DNA of 64,000 nt from Oscillospiraceae bacterium (GTDB taxonomy: Bacteria > Bacillota > Clostridia > Oscillospirales > Oscillospiraceae), in assembly GCA_902778525.1 (NCBI GenBank), contig CACYXZ010000001.1:4522-68521 (forward strand), read 5' to 3'. Shown one piece after another: positions 19,423-27,955 of this stretch (position 1 is the first letter of the stretch; each line of letters opens with the position of its first letter). The position numbers and the translations under genes are program-made. The notes beneath the pieces are model-generated. The model was not told the origin of the DNA, did not search any database, and was given only the letters and a program-made list of their open reading frames with translations.

Positions 19423-19454
19423 GGTTCTATTCTACGAAGAAAGAAGGCCGGCAT

Positions 19455-20840
19455 ATGAAACTCACCGGAAAAGAACTGAAGATCACGCCGAGAGTCCCCT
19501 ATGAGCCCATTGAGCCCTGGGAGTGGTTCCAGGAGAACGGCATCGAGGACAAAGGCCCCGGCGGTCCTCCTCCCATGGGCGACGGGCCGAAAATGGTTCC
19601 CACTGTCTACATCAAGGACGGAAAGCGCGTGGAGGGCAACGACGCCTCCCTCTACGGCGGCGTGGTCGGCGACACGGAAGCCGCGGATCTGCGGATCGTC
19701 AGCTATGACGGCGCGGTCGGCGGTGTATACGCGGAGGGCGCCGGCACGGATTATACGGTCGAGGGCGCGGTGATCTCCCTGTCCGGAGACGGCCAGGGCC
19801 TCGGGGAGAAATCTGCGGGCGCCGGCGTGTCCGACCACGCAAAGCTGACGCTGAAGGACTGCCTGATCGACACCTGGGGACTGAGCCGGACCTCCACCTC
19901 CGCCTCCGGCGGCAGCGTGCTGAAGGTTTATGATTCCATCATTACCTCTCACGGCGCTCCCTACGGGGAAGATGCACCCGACTGGGCCCCCAAGGGCCAG
20001 ACGCCCCCTGCGCCGCTGGAGATCCGGGGCAACAACCGGACCCACTGCACGGTGCAGAATTCCTACAGCTATTTCTACAACAGCCTGATCACCTGCGACG
20101 GCTGGGCCGCCCTCAGCACGGATGCCTCCGCCGGATTTGTCTATCTGGAGGCCAATGACTGCAAGGTGGTCTCCACCAAGTCCGGATACGGCGCCTACGC
20201 GGACTGGGGCTGCCACGACGTGTTCAACGACTGCAAATTCGACGTGGCCTGCCAGGGCGCGATCATTGCGGGCGAGGCCAGCGTCAAGTGGACCGGATCG
20301 GAGATCAACTGCGGGACCTATCTGGCGCTGATGCACTGCGTTATGGGCCGCCATACGGAAGTGGGAGAGCTGACCCTGACGGACTGCGACGTGAAGACCG
20401 GAAAGACCGCAATGGAGGTCCATGGGCAGAACGTGATCGTTAAAATGGAAAACTGCAGTGTGAAGACCGGCGGCGCGCTGATGCGCACCTGCAAAAACGC
20501 GGATCCCAACGCGGCCCGGGTCAACGGCCGGCCAACCCCGGGCGATGAACTGCACCTGAAGGAAATGTCTGTCACCGGAGATATCCTCCATGAGGACCCG
20601 GAGCGGGACTGCCGGGTGTACCTGACATCCGCCTGCCTGACCGGACGGATCGAGAATGCGGCGCTGGTCATGGATCAGGGCAGCCGCTGGTATGCCACCG
20701 CCGATTCCAGCGTGGTGCTGGGATGCGACGTGGAAATTGCGCAGATCGACGCGCCTGCCGGTGTGGTGATCCAGGCGGCAGCTGCGGAGGGCCAGGGCGA
20801 ATATGAACTGCTGTCCGGCGGAAAACTGATCGTCAAATAA
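19455..20840 (+). CDS. Cys-rich, predicted right-handed beta-helix repeat protein, no signal peptide, family not recognised (paralogue 1)
   Basis: agaaagaagg RBS; ~20-25 aa periodic segments with [ND]C-x-[VI] turns; long colinear motif blocks shared with 43462-44892 (DGWAALSTD, SGYGAYAD, HCVMG, AQIDAPAG). Confidence 0.6.
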   Translation: MKLTGKELKITPRVPYEPIEPWEWFQENGIEDKGPGGPPPMGDGPKMVPTVYIKDGKRVEGNDASLYGGVVGDTEAADLRIVSYDGAVGGVYAEGAGTDYTVEGAVISLSGDGQGLGEKSAGAGVSDHAKLTLKDCLIDTWGLSRTSTSASGGSVLKVYDSIITSHGAPYGEDAPDWAPKGQTPPAPLEIRGNNRTHCTVQNSYSYFYNSLITCDGWAALSTDASAGFVYLEANDCKVVSTKSGYGAYADWGCHDVFNDCKFDVACQGAIIAGEASVKWTGSEINCGTYLALMHCVMGRHTEVGELTLTDCDVKTGKTAMEVHGQNVIVKMENCSVKTGGALMRTCKNADPNAARVNGRPTPGDELHLKEMSVTGDILHEDPERDCRVYLTSACLTGRIENAALVMDQGSRWYATADSSVVLGCDVEIAQIDAPAGVVIQAAAAEGQGEYELLSGGKLIVK

Positions 20841-20880
20841 GAGAAGGAAAACCGAAAACCGGATCCATCATGATAAAGAA

Positions 20881-20917
20881 GGAGGCTGAACCCATGGGGG
20901 TTCAGCCTCTGTTTTTT
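20881..20917. terminator. Bidirectional Rho-independent terminator (beta-helix gene / pfkA)
   Basis: aggctgaaccc-atgg-gggttcagcct stem followed by TTTTTT. Confidence 0.8.
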
Positions 20918-20925
20918 CTGTATGA

Positions 20926-21912
20926 TCAGTCAGGCATTCTGGCCTGAAGGGCCTCCAGCACCTCATAGCGGTCCATCTGGAGATGCTTCTCCATTTTCAG
21001 CGCTTCCTCAATGGGAATCTCCACCAGCCGTCCCTCCTGGGTGCAGATCACGCTGTTTCCGCGACCCTCAGCCAGAGCGGTGACCGCCGCGTAACCCATG
21101 CGGCAGGCCATTTCCCGATCCCGGGCGGTGGGAGAACCGCCCCGCTGGATATGGCCGAGGATCGTGACGCGGGGATCGATTCCCAGGGTTTCGTGGATCT
21201 GCGCGCCGATTTCGGTGGCCTTGCCGGAGCCCTCGGCAACTACGATCATAAAATGTGTGCTGCCATTGAGCCGGGCCTTTTGGATCGGAGCAACCACATC
21301 CCGCTGGAAGTCCAGCTCCACCTCCGGAATCAGCACGGCCGTTGCACCCACGGAAAGTCCCACATACAGAGCCAGGAATCCGGCGTGCCGCCCCATGACC
21401 TCCACCACGGAGCAGCGCTCATGGGACTGCATGGTGTCACGGAGCTTGTCGATACACTCCACGGCGGTGTTGCATGCGGTATCAAAACCGATGGTATAGT
21501 TGGAGCAGCCGATGTCGTTGTCGATGGTGGCGGGGATACCCACGACGGGAACGCCCAGCCGGGACAGCTCCAGCGCGCCCTTAAAGGTTCCGTCTCCGCC
21601 GATGGCCACAATGGCGTCCAGACCGAGAAGCCGGCAGGTGGCTACCGCTTTCTTCCGGCCCTCCGGAGTTTTGAACTCCTCACTGCGGGCGGTATAGAGC
21701 ATGGTGCCGCCCCGGGAGAGGATATGCCGGACATTGCTGGCGCCAAGCATGACGAAGTCGCTGTTGATCAGTCCGCTCCAGCCCCGGCGGATGCCCACAC
21801 ATTCCATTCCACGGCTCAGGGCGGTCCGGACCACGGCCCGGACTGCCGCATTCATGCCCGGCGCATCACCGCCGCTGGTGAGCACGCCGATCCGCTTAAC
21901 TGCATTGGTCAC
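20926..21912 (-). CDS. pfkA: ATP-dependent 6-phosphofructokinase
   Basis: IGVLTSGGDAPGMNAAVRAVVR...GGDGT...; GTG start with aaggagg RBS. Confidence 0.95.
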   Translation of the reverse strand: MTNAVKRIGVLTSGGDAPGMNAAVRAVVRTALSRGMECVGIRRGWSGLINSDFVMLGASNVRHILSRGGTMLYTARSEEFKTPEGRKKAVATCRLLGLDAIVAIGGDGTFKGALELSRLGVPVVGIPATIDNDIGCSNYTIGFDTACNTAVECIDKLRDTMQSHERCSVVEVMGRHAGFLALYVGLSVGATAVLIPEVELDFQRDVVAPIQKARLNGSTHFMIVVAEGSGKATEIGAQIHETLGIDPRVTILGHIQRGGSPTARDREMACRMGYAAVTALAEGRGNSVICTQEGRLVEIPIEEALKMEKHLQMDRYEVLEALQARMPD

Positions 21913-21995
21913 GTCAGATTCCTCCTTTGTCAGACAGAACGGGTGATTACAGTTGCATTATAATACATATCGAACGTCCGTACAAGTAGTTTTTC

Positions 21996-22027
21996 AAAAA
22001 AACAGGGCCTGTCCGGCCCCGTTTTTT
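21996..22027 (-). terminator. Weak candidate terminator after the thioesterase gene
   Basis: gggcc-tgtcc-ggccc short stem flanked by an A7 run and a T6 run. Confidence 0.35.
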
Positions 22028-22421
22028 ATGATCCCACAATGGCTCCGCCTGCCGTCATACGGGCAATCAGATTCCCCGGTTCGTCCCAGACGGAAATTTC
22101 GTAGTAAACGCTGGTGCGGCCTGCCCGGACGCACTCTGCCCGGGCGGTGAGCCGGTTTCCCTTGGCGGCCCGGAGAAAAGAGATCTGACTGGTGGTGGAA
22201 ACGGTGGGCTGTTTTCCATAATTGGAGGCCACCGCAAAGGCAAAGTCTCCCAGCATGAATACCGCTCCGCCCATGACGTTGCCAAGGGCATTGCGGTGAC
22301 GGTTTTCAAGCTCCAGAGTGCAGACAGCATAGTCCACCCCAAGCTCGGAGATCACGGCGCCGTTTTCCGTGGCAAACCGGTCATTTTGAAAAACGTTTCT
22401 TGCTTCTTCCAGATTTGTCAT
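22026..22421 (-). CDS. PaaI-family hotdog-fold thioesterase
   Basis: MTNLEEARNVFQNDRFA...GNVMGGAVFMLGDFAFAVA; internal ATG 22421 with ggaggac RBS (ORF extension to 22628 rejected). Confidence 0.85.
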   Translation of the reverse strand: MTNLEEARNVFQNDRFATENGAVISELGVDYAVCTLELENRHRNALGNVMGGAVFMLGDFAFAVASNYGKQPTVSTTSQISFLRAAKGNRLTARAECVRAGRTSVYYEISVWDEPGNLIARMTAGGAIVGS

Positions 22422-23467
22422 TTGAAGTCCTCCCAGATGTCGGGCAGAAACTGCCGGAACGCCGTTGGAAGCGCGGCGCTCTCCGCCACTGCGGTGCGGT
22501 CCAGCCAAAGGAACGCGTCGTTTTCGCTGGCGCAGTGGAGTCTCGCTCCGGTCATGTTCCATTGGATGTGTGTGAAAATGTGGGTCCTGCCCACGGTCTT
22601 TTCCAGATATTGCGGCCGCAGGCCCCATTCCTCCGCGGCCTGAATGATCTCCGGCGGGGAAAGCCGGCCGGGCAGATGCGGCAGCTCGTAAAGACCGGCC
22701 AAAAGGCCCGTTTCCGGCCGGCGGCGCAGGGCCAGCTTGTCTCCGCAGGTCAGCAGGAACACCGTCATGTCCTCCTGCCGCCGGGGCTTTTTTGCTGCCC
22801 GGACTGGCAGATCATCGATGGTGCCGTTCCGCCGGGCCAGACACAGATCCACCATGGGGCAGCTATCGCACCGGGGTGCTCCGTTGGGCAGGCAGACCGT
22901 AGCGCCCAGCTCCATCAGGGCCTGGGTGAAGGTCCCGGCCTCCTCCGGATACACCTCGGCCAGCTGTGATGAAAAGCGCCGCTTCACCTTCTGGTCGTCG
23001 GTGCAGCTGTGGTCGTCCAGCAGACGGCTCACCACACGCAGCACATTTCCGTCCACGGCGGGTGTTTTTTGATCAAAGCAGATGCTGGAGATAGCGCCTG
23101 CCGTATAATCTCCAATGCCGGGCAGAGCGAGGATGGCGGCGTGATCCGACGGGAAAACGCCGTTGTAAGTTGACATAATCAGAATCGCTGCTTTTTGCAG
23201 GTTTCGGACCCGGCTGTAATAGCCAAGTCCCTCCCAGAGCTTGAGCAGCTCCGTCTCCTCCGCCATGGCAAGATCTCCAATGGAGGGAAAACGGGCCAGA
23301 AATCTGGAATAATAGCCTTTTACCGCTTCGACTCTGGTCTGCTGCAGCATGATCTCCGATAGCCAGACATGGTATGGCTCCCGGTCCTTCCGCCAGGGGA
23401 GATCCCGTTTGTTCTCCTCAAACCAGGGGAGCAAGCGGGATGGAAGTTGACATAAAATAGAATCCAT
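22418..23467 (-). CDS. mutY: A/G-specific adenine DNA glycosylase
   Basis: LPWRKDREPYHVWLSEIMLQQTRVEAV; Fe-S cluster loop CLPNGAPRCDSCPMVDLC; C-terminal NUDIX-like domain. Confidence 0.93.
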   Translation of the reverse strand: MDSILCQLPSRLLPWFEENKRDLPWRKDREPYHVWLSEIMLQQTRVEAVKGYYSRFLARFPSIGDLAMAEETELLKLWEGLGYYSRVRNLQKAAILIMSTYNGVFPSDHAAILALPGIGDYTAGAISSICFDQKTPAVDGNVLRVVSRLLDDHSCTDDQKVKRRFSSQLAEVYPEEAGTFTQALMELGATVCLPNGAPRCDSCPMVDLCLARRNGTIDDLPVRAAKKPRRQEDMTVFLLTCGDKLALRRRPETGLLAGLYELPHLPGRLSPPEIIQAAEEWGLRPQYLEKTVGRTHIFTHIQWNMTGARLHCASENDAFLWLDRTAVAESAALPTAFRQFLPDIWEDFK

Positions 23468-23964
23468 CAGCGATTGTCCACTTTTTCCGGGTAGAGATCG
23501 TGGAGCTTCAGCCGCTCCCAGGCCACATCCGCCCAGCGGGTGCCGGGCTTTCCGTAGTTGCAGTAAGGGTCGATGGAGAGCCCGCCCCGGGGCGTGAATT
23601 TGCCCCAGACCTCAATGTATTTCGGGTCCATGAGCCGGATCAGGTCCTCCATGATGGTGTTCACGCAGTCCTCGTGAAAGTCCCCGTGGTTCCGGAAGGA
23701 GAACAGATAGAGCTTGAGGCTTTTGCTCTCCACCATCTTCACGTCCGGAACATAGCTGATATAGATGGTGGCAAAGTCCGGCTGTCCGGTCATGGGACAC
23801 AGGGATGTGAACTCCGGGCAGTTGAACTTGACGAAGTAATCGTGATCGGGGTGCTTGTTGACAAATGTCTCCAGCACCTCCGGGGCATAGTCTGTGGGAT
23901 ATTGGACGTTTCGGTTGCCCAGCATGGTGATGCCGGACAGCTCCTCTTTTGTTCTGCCGGTCAT
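23467..23964 (-). CDS. queF: NADPH-dependent 7-cyano-7-deazaguanine reductase
   Basis: [25 protein letters not shown]; ATG 23964 has ggagg 8 nt upstream (TTG 23970 is the alternative). Confidence 0.93.
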   Translation of the reverse strand: MTGRTKEELSGITMLGNRNVQYPTDYAPEVLETFVNKHPDHDYFVKFNCPEFTSLCPMTGQPDFATIYISYVPDVKMVESKSLKLYLFSFRNHGDFHEDCVNTIMEDLIRLMDPKYIEVWGKFTPRGGLSIDPYCNYGKPGTRWADVAWERLKLHDLYPEKVDNR

Positions 23965-23966
23965 GG

Positions 23967-24650
23967 TCAAACCTCCTTCAGAAGCGGATCTTCTACGCCG
24001 TTTGCGCGGAAGGCCTCGATCCGGTCAATGCAGGTGCCGCAGCGGCAGCAGGGGGTTTTGCCGCCCTCATAGCAGCTCCAGGTCAGCTCGTAGGGGACCT
24101 TTAGCGCCAGACCTGTTCTGACCACCTCCGCTTTGGATACGGATACAAAGGGCGCCTCCAGCCGGAGCTGGTTCCCGGTGCCCTCTGTGATGGCCCGGTT
24201 CATGGCCTCCACGAACTGTACCGAGCAGTCCGGGTAGGCGGCGCCTGCCGCGTCGTCCGCGTGTGCTCCGTACAGGATCTTTTCGCATCCGCGGCTCAGG
24301 GCCACGCTGGCGGCACAGGACAGGAACAGTCCGTTCCGGAAAGGCACATAGGTAGAGACGGTGCCCTCTGTCCCGCTTAGCTGCCGGGCGTAGCTCTCCT
24401 TGGGAATCTCCTCAGAGGACTGCTTCAGCAGACTGCAGTTGCTGTCTGCAAAAATGACCGCCAGATCCAGTTCCTGATGCGCCACGCCGTAATAGGCCGC
24501 CACGGCCCGGGCGGCTTCGAGCTCTTTATCGTGTTTCTGTCCGTAGTAGATGGACAGGGAGAAGACATTCTCCGGGCCGGCTTCTTTTACTGCCAGAGCC
24601 AAACAGGTGGTGGAGTCCACGCCGCCGCTGGATAATACAAGGATCTTCAT
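23967..24650 (-). CDS. queC: 7-cyano-7-deazaguanine synthase
   Basis: [15 protein letters not shown]; C-terminal Zn cysteines CCRCGTC; ATGA overlap with folE stop. Confidence 0.95.
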   Translation of the reverse strand: MKILVLSSGGVDSTTCLALAVKEAGPENVFSLSIYYGQKHDKELEAARAVAAYYGVAHQELDLAVIFADSNCSLLKQSSEEIPKESYARQLSGTEGTVSTYVPFRNGLFLSCAASVALSRGCEKILYGAHADDAAGAAYPDCSVQFVEAMNRAITEGTGNQLRLEAPFVSVSKAEVVRTGLALKVPYELTWSCYEGGKTPCCRCGTCIDRIEAFRANGVEDPLLKEV

Positions 24651-25219
24651 TTCAGCAGCGCCTCCATTCGCGCTTTGAGCATCTCGTCGGACGCAAAGCG
24701 GCCCCGGTAGGTGGTGGTGATGGTTTTGGTGCCCGGCTTCTGGATGCCCCGGGCGGTCATGCAGCTGTGGCATCCGGAGATCACGACGGCCACGTCGGGG
24801 GAGCCGGTGACCATGGAGACGATCTCCGCGATGTCCCGGCCCAGCCGCTCCTGCAGCTGAAGCCGCCGGGCGGCCATGTCGGCGATCCGGGCGATCTTGC
24901 TCAGACCGATGACCTTTCCCCGGGGAAAGTAAGCCACGCTGACGGTCATATCGTACATCAGGGCCAGATGGTGCTCGCAGTAGGAGAACACGTCGATGTC
25001 CTTTACCACCACCAGATCCTCGGAGTCCGTCTCCTGATCAAAGGTCTTGTCGAACATCTCCGCGATCTGGGCGTTGGTGTAGTTCATGCCCTGGAATACT
25101 TCTTCGTACATTCCGGCCACCCGCTGGGGCGTCTCCCGGAGTCCTTCCCGGTCCGGGTCGTCCCCCAGAGCCTCCAGAATACCGCGGATGTGATATGCGA
25201 TTTTCTCTGTGTCGATCAT
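24647..25219 (-). CDS. folE: GTP cyclohydrolase I
   Basis: [17 protein letters not shown]...[10 protein letters not shown]...; ATG 25219 (MIDTEK) preferred, GTG 25228 possible. Confidence 0.95.
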   Translation of the reverse strand: MIDTEKIAYHIRGILEALGDDPDREGLRETPQRVAGMYEEVFQGMNYTNAQIAEMFDKTFDQETDSEDLVVVKDIDVFSYCEHHLALMYDMTVSVAYFPRGKVIGLSKIARIADMAARRLQLQERLGRDIAEIVSMVTGSPDVAVVISGCHSCMTARGIQKPGTKTITTTYRGRFASDEMLKARMEALLK

Positions 25220-25220
25220 C

Positions 25221-25892
25221 CTAGACACCTCTCTTGTTTGGATCCCAGATGAATTTGTGCATCTGGAGCTGGAGCGTTACGCCGGTGAGGTTCCGCTCCT
25301 TCATGAATTCCACCATGTCCGCCGGATCGATCCGGCCGAACACGGGGCTGAGATAGACGTGGGTGCGGCCGATCAGGCCGTATTGTGCCATGATTTCAGC
25401 GGCCCGGCAAAGGTCCTCCCGGCTGCTGCAGACGAACTTCACCGTGTCCCGGGCAGTGAGCAGGGACAGATTCTCCAGGCACATGAACTGCTCCATGCCG
25501 CTTCCGGGGAGCTTGTAGTCCATGGTGAAGGAGGGGCGATGGGCAAGCGACAGGAGCGGGGAGAGGGGAACGGCGCCGTTGGTCTCCACCTCTACGAAAT
25601 GATCCCGGCCCAGCCGGTCAAGCAGCGGCCCGATCTCCGCCTGCAGCAGCGGTTCGCCGCCTGTGACGGTGACGTTCTCCGCGCCGCTGTGTGCCGCGAT
25701 CGTGCACAGTTCGCCGGCGGTCATGGGCGTATAGGGCGCGTCGGGGACGTTGGCCCACATGGTGTCGCAGTAGCCGCAGCGGAGATTGCAGCCGGTAAAG
25801 CGGATGAAGAAGGCCAGCTGCCCGGCCCGGGTCCCTTCGCCGTTGATGCTCAGAAAAGTCTCCGCCACCCGGTAGGTATGCCGATCAGACAA
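25221..25892 (-). CDS. queE: 7-carboxy-7-deazaguanine synthase (radical SAM)
   Basis: [34 protein letters not shown]; TTG 25892 has gaggaggag 7 nt upstream; ATG 25919 is the alternative. Confidence 0.9.
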   Translation of the reverse strand: MSDRHTYRVAETFLSINGEGTRAGQLAFFIRFTGCNLRCGYCDTMWANVPDAPYTPMTAGELCTIAAHSGAENVTVTGGEPLLQAEIGPLLDRLGRDHFVEVETNGAVPLSPLLSLAHRPSFTMDYKLPGSGMEQFMCLENLSLLTARDTVKFVCSSREDLCRAAEIMAQYGLIGRTHVYLSPVFGRIDPADMVEFMKERNLTGVTLQLQMHKFIWDPNKRGV

Positions 25893-26328
25893 GCCAGGTC
25901 TCCTCCTCGCCGCCGTCATAGACTGCGCAGTTCGTGGGGGTTTCCCAGACGGTCACCCGGGCCACCGGATAGCCTGCGCCGGACAGACGGTCATAGAAAT
26001 ACTTCGCCATATTTTCGGCGGTAGTGCGGAAGGGGAGAATCACCATCCGGAAGTCCTCATCACGAAGAGCAGCCAGAGTGGTATCCCGCAGGGATCCCTC
26101 TTCCACCAGCAGCGCGTGGTCCAATTCGTCGGTCAGGGCCTTGAGACCGGATTTCAGGTCGCCGAAGTCGGTGAGCATTCCGGACTGGGGACCGCTGTCC
26201 TGCAGCGTCTGACCCTGAATCCTCGCCTCCACCCGCCAGCGGTGGCCGTGGAGATTTTTGCATTTCCCCTCATAGCCCTTGAGAAAATGGGCCGCGTCAA
26301 AGCTCTGTTCCGTCTGCAGATAGTACAT
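25885..26328 (-). CDS. queD: 6-carboxy-5,6,7,8-tetrahydropterin synthase
   Basis: MYYLQTEQSFDAAHFLKGYEGKCKNLHGHRW; agggagg RBS before ATG 26328 (extension to 26442 rejected). Confidence 0.93.
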   Translation of the reverse strand: MYYLQTEQSFDAAHFLKGYEGKCKNLHGHRWRVEARIQGQTLQDSGPQSGMLTDFGDLKSGLKALTDELDHALLVEEGSLRDTTLAALRDEDFRMVILPFRTTAENMAKYFYDRLSGAGYPVARVTVWETPTNCAVYDGGEEETWLV

Positions 26329-26357
26329 AATATCCTCCCTGGGGCTGTCCGGGCAGC

Positions 26358-26378
26358 AAAAAAGGGCGCACCGCGCCC
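26358..26378 (-). terminator. Expression-platform terminator of the preQ1 riboswitch
   Basis: Minus strand gggcgc-ggt-gcgccc followed by TTTTTT, between aptamer and queD RBS. Confidence 0.7.
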
Positions 26379-26402
26379 CCAGAGCACCCCGAAGGATGCA
26401 AA

Positions 26403-26440
26403 CCTGGTTTTGTTTACTGACAGGAGGGCCGCGAACTGTC
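26403..26440 (-). promoter_or_regulatory. preQ1-I riboswitch aptamer
   Basis: Minus strand GACAGUUCGCGGCCCUCCUGUCAGUAAACAAAACCAGG: 5-bp P1 (GACAG/CUGUC), UUCGCGG..C loop, A-rich tail ending in GG; resembles known preQ1-I aptamers and sits in the leader of a que operon. Confidence 0.75.
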
Positions 26441-26459
26441 ACACAAATTGTCGCTTTGG

Positions 26460-26487
26460 ATTATAGCATACTTTTCGCAAATTGCAA
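26460..26487 (-). promoter_or_regulatory. Candidate promoter of the que operon
   Basis: Minus strand TTGCAA, 16 nt, TATAAT, immediately upstream of the riboswitch. Confidence 0.5.
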
Positions 26488-26490
26488 GCG

Positions 26491-27153
26491 TCAGACCGAA
26501 TACCACATGGATACCTTCCCGCAGACGGTGAATCCGAGAGAATCGTACAGGGCCAGCGCAGGAGCGTTGGTGGACGCGGCGGTCAGCTCGATCACCGGGC
26601 CGGGACAAAGGGACAAAAGCGTCAGCGTCAGATCCCGGCTCAGGCCTCTGCCCCGGAACTCCGGCAGCAGACCGACGGCGGCCAGCTCATTTTCGTGGAG
26701 TTCGCCCATGCCGCAGGGGACGCCGGTTTCGTCCAGGGCCAGAAATGCCTTTTGGGACTGGTCATAGATCCGCCGAATCTCCGCCCGGTCGTAGGTGGCC
26801 GCGCCGGGAACATCGGCAAAGCAGCGGTTATAGACCCGCTGAAAGACGGCGTCGTTGTCCGGGATCATAGGCTCAAGCCTCACGGGAGAAGCCGCCGGGG
26901 GAAGGGCCTCTTTCCGGACATGCAGCCGAAGCAGATCGTAGGCGTGATCAAATCCTGTCAGGGGGTCCGCGCCCTGCGTGACCAATACAGTCTCCGCGCC
27001 GCAGCCTCTGCAGAAGGCGGCGCACTCCGCCGTCAGGGCTGCCAGGTCCCGGACGGTCAGCAGCCGGATATAGGCCACGGAATGATGGGGGATCTCTTTC
27101 AGAATCAGCGAAGCCGTGCCGCCGGAGGCCATGAAAACGGGAATATTCCGCAT
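26491..27153 (-). CDS. GNAT-family N-acetyltransferase
   Basis: C-terminal acetyl-CoA binding pattern VGLLPEFRGRGLSRDL...NAPALALYDSLGF. Confidence 0.8.
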   Translation of the reverse strand: MRNIPVFMASGGTASLILKEIPHHSVAYIRLLTVRDLAALTAECAAFCRGCGAETVLVTQGADPLTGFDHAYDLLRLHVRKEALPPAASPVRLEPMIPDNDAVFQRVYNRCFADVPGAATYDRAEIRRIYDQSQKAFLALDETGVPCGMGELHENELAAVGLLPEFRGRGLSRDLTLTLLSLCPGPVIELTAASTNAPALALYDSLGFTVCGKVSMWYSV

Positions 27154-27307
27154 GGCCGGTCACCTGCCTTTCGAGGAGAAATTATATCATGAAACCATGG
27201 AAAAATCTATGTTCCGGGGACATTTTTCCCTTACATCAGGCGGAAAACTGTGCTATAATAAGGATACAAACGGAATGGAATTGTGCGACGGAATTATGGA
27301 GGCAGAA

Positions 27308-27832
27308 ATGGCGGAACTGAATTTGAAGATCGGAGAGCATGTACACTACGGAGCCCACGGCGTTTGCCGTGTTTGCGGACAGGAAAAGAAAAACTTCGGC
27401 GGAAAAGAGGAATTGTATTTTACCCTTCGGCCCACGGGCAGCGAGAATATTCTTCTGTACCTCCCGGCCAATGCAGAGCCTGAAAAGGTCAGACTGCGCC
27501 GGCTCCTCTCTAAAGAACAGATCCTCCAACTGATTCGGGAGGCCCAGGAGCACCCGGCCCATTGGATCTCTGACAACAAAGTCCGGCGGGAGACCTTCTC
27601 CAAAATCCTCCGGGGCGGAGATACGATGGAATTGATCGATATGCTCCGGAACATCTATATCCACCGGGAGGAACTGCCCCAGGGAAAACAGCTTCCCATG
27701 AGCGATCAGGAAATGATGACTGCCGCGCAGCGCCAGCTCCACAGCGAGATGGCCTATGTGCTGGAGCTGGACGAGAAACAGGTGCTTCCCTTTGTCCTCC
27801 ATATGGTGGGTGCGGAAGAAAAAAAAGAATAG
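27308..27832 (+). CDS. CarD/CdnL/TRCF-family RNA polymerase-binding protein
   Basis: N-terminal Tudor-like LKIGEHVHYGAHGVCRV...ELYFTLRP; ggagg 8 nt before ATG 27308; TTACAT-17-(TGc)TATAAT promoter upstream. Confidence 0.78.
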   Translation: MAELNLKIGEHVHYGAHGVCRVCGQEKKNFGGKEELYFTLRPTGSENILLYLPANAEPEKVRLRRLLSKEQILQLIREAQEHPAHWISDNKVRRETFSKILRGGDTMELIDMLRNIYIHREELPQGKQLPMSDQEMMTAAQRQLHSEMAYVLELDEKQVLPFVLHMVGAEEKKE

Positions 27833-27914
27833 CGACAGCCTTCGATGGATTATTCCACCGAAGCATGATAGTGTGGATGGACAGCTTACAGTTCGAGCGT
27901 CCATATCATACGGA

Positions 27915-27945
27915 GCAGCGCCGCCGGGCATTCCGGCGGCGCTGC
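27915..27945. terminator. Strong hairpin between convergent carD-like and alr genes
   Basis: 13-bp perfect stem gcagcgccgccgg-gcatt-ccggcggcgctgc; no clear T tract. Confidence 0.4.
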
Positions 27946-27955
27946 TGCTGTATCG

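Noticed and set aside
22422-22628. N-terminal extensions of several ORF-track entries (22026-22628, 23967-24773, 25885-26442, 27116-27832, 39649-40935, 43411-44892, 61547-62722, 3238-4080)
   Set aside because: The extensions overlap the upstream gene or riboswitch and lack an RBS. Internal starts have good Shine-Dalgarno spacing and give N-termini matching the families.
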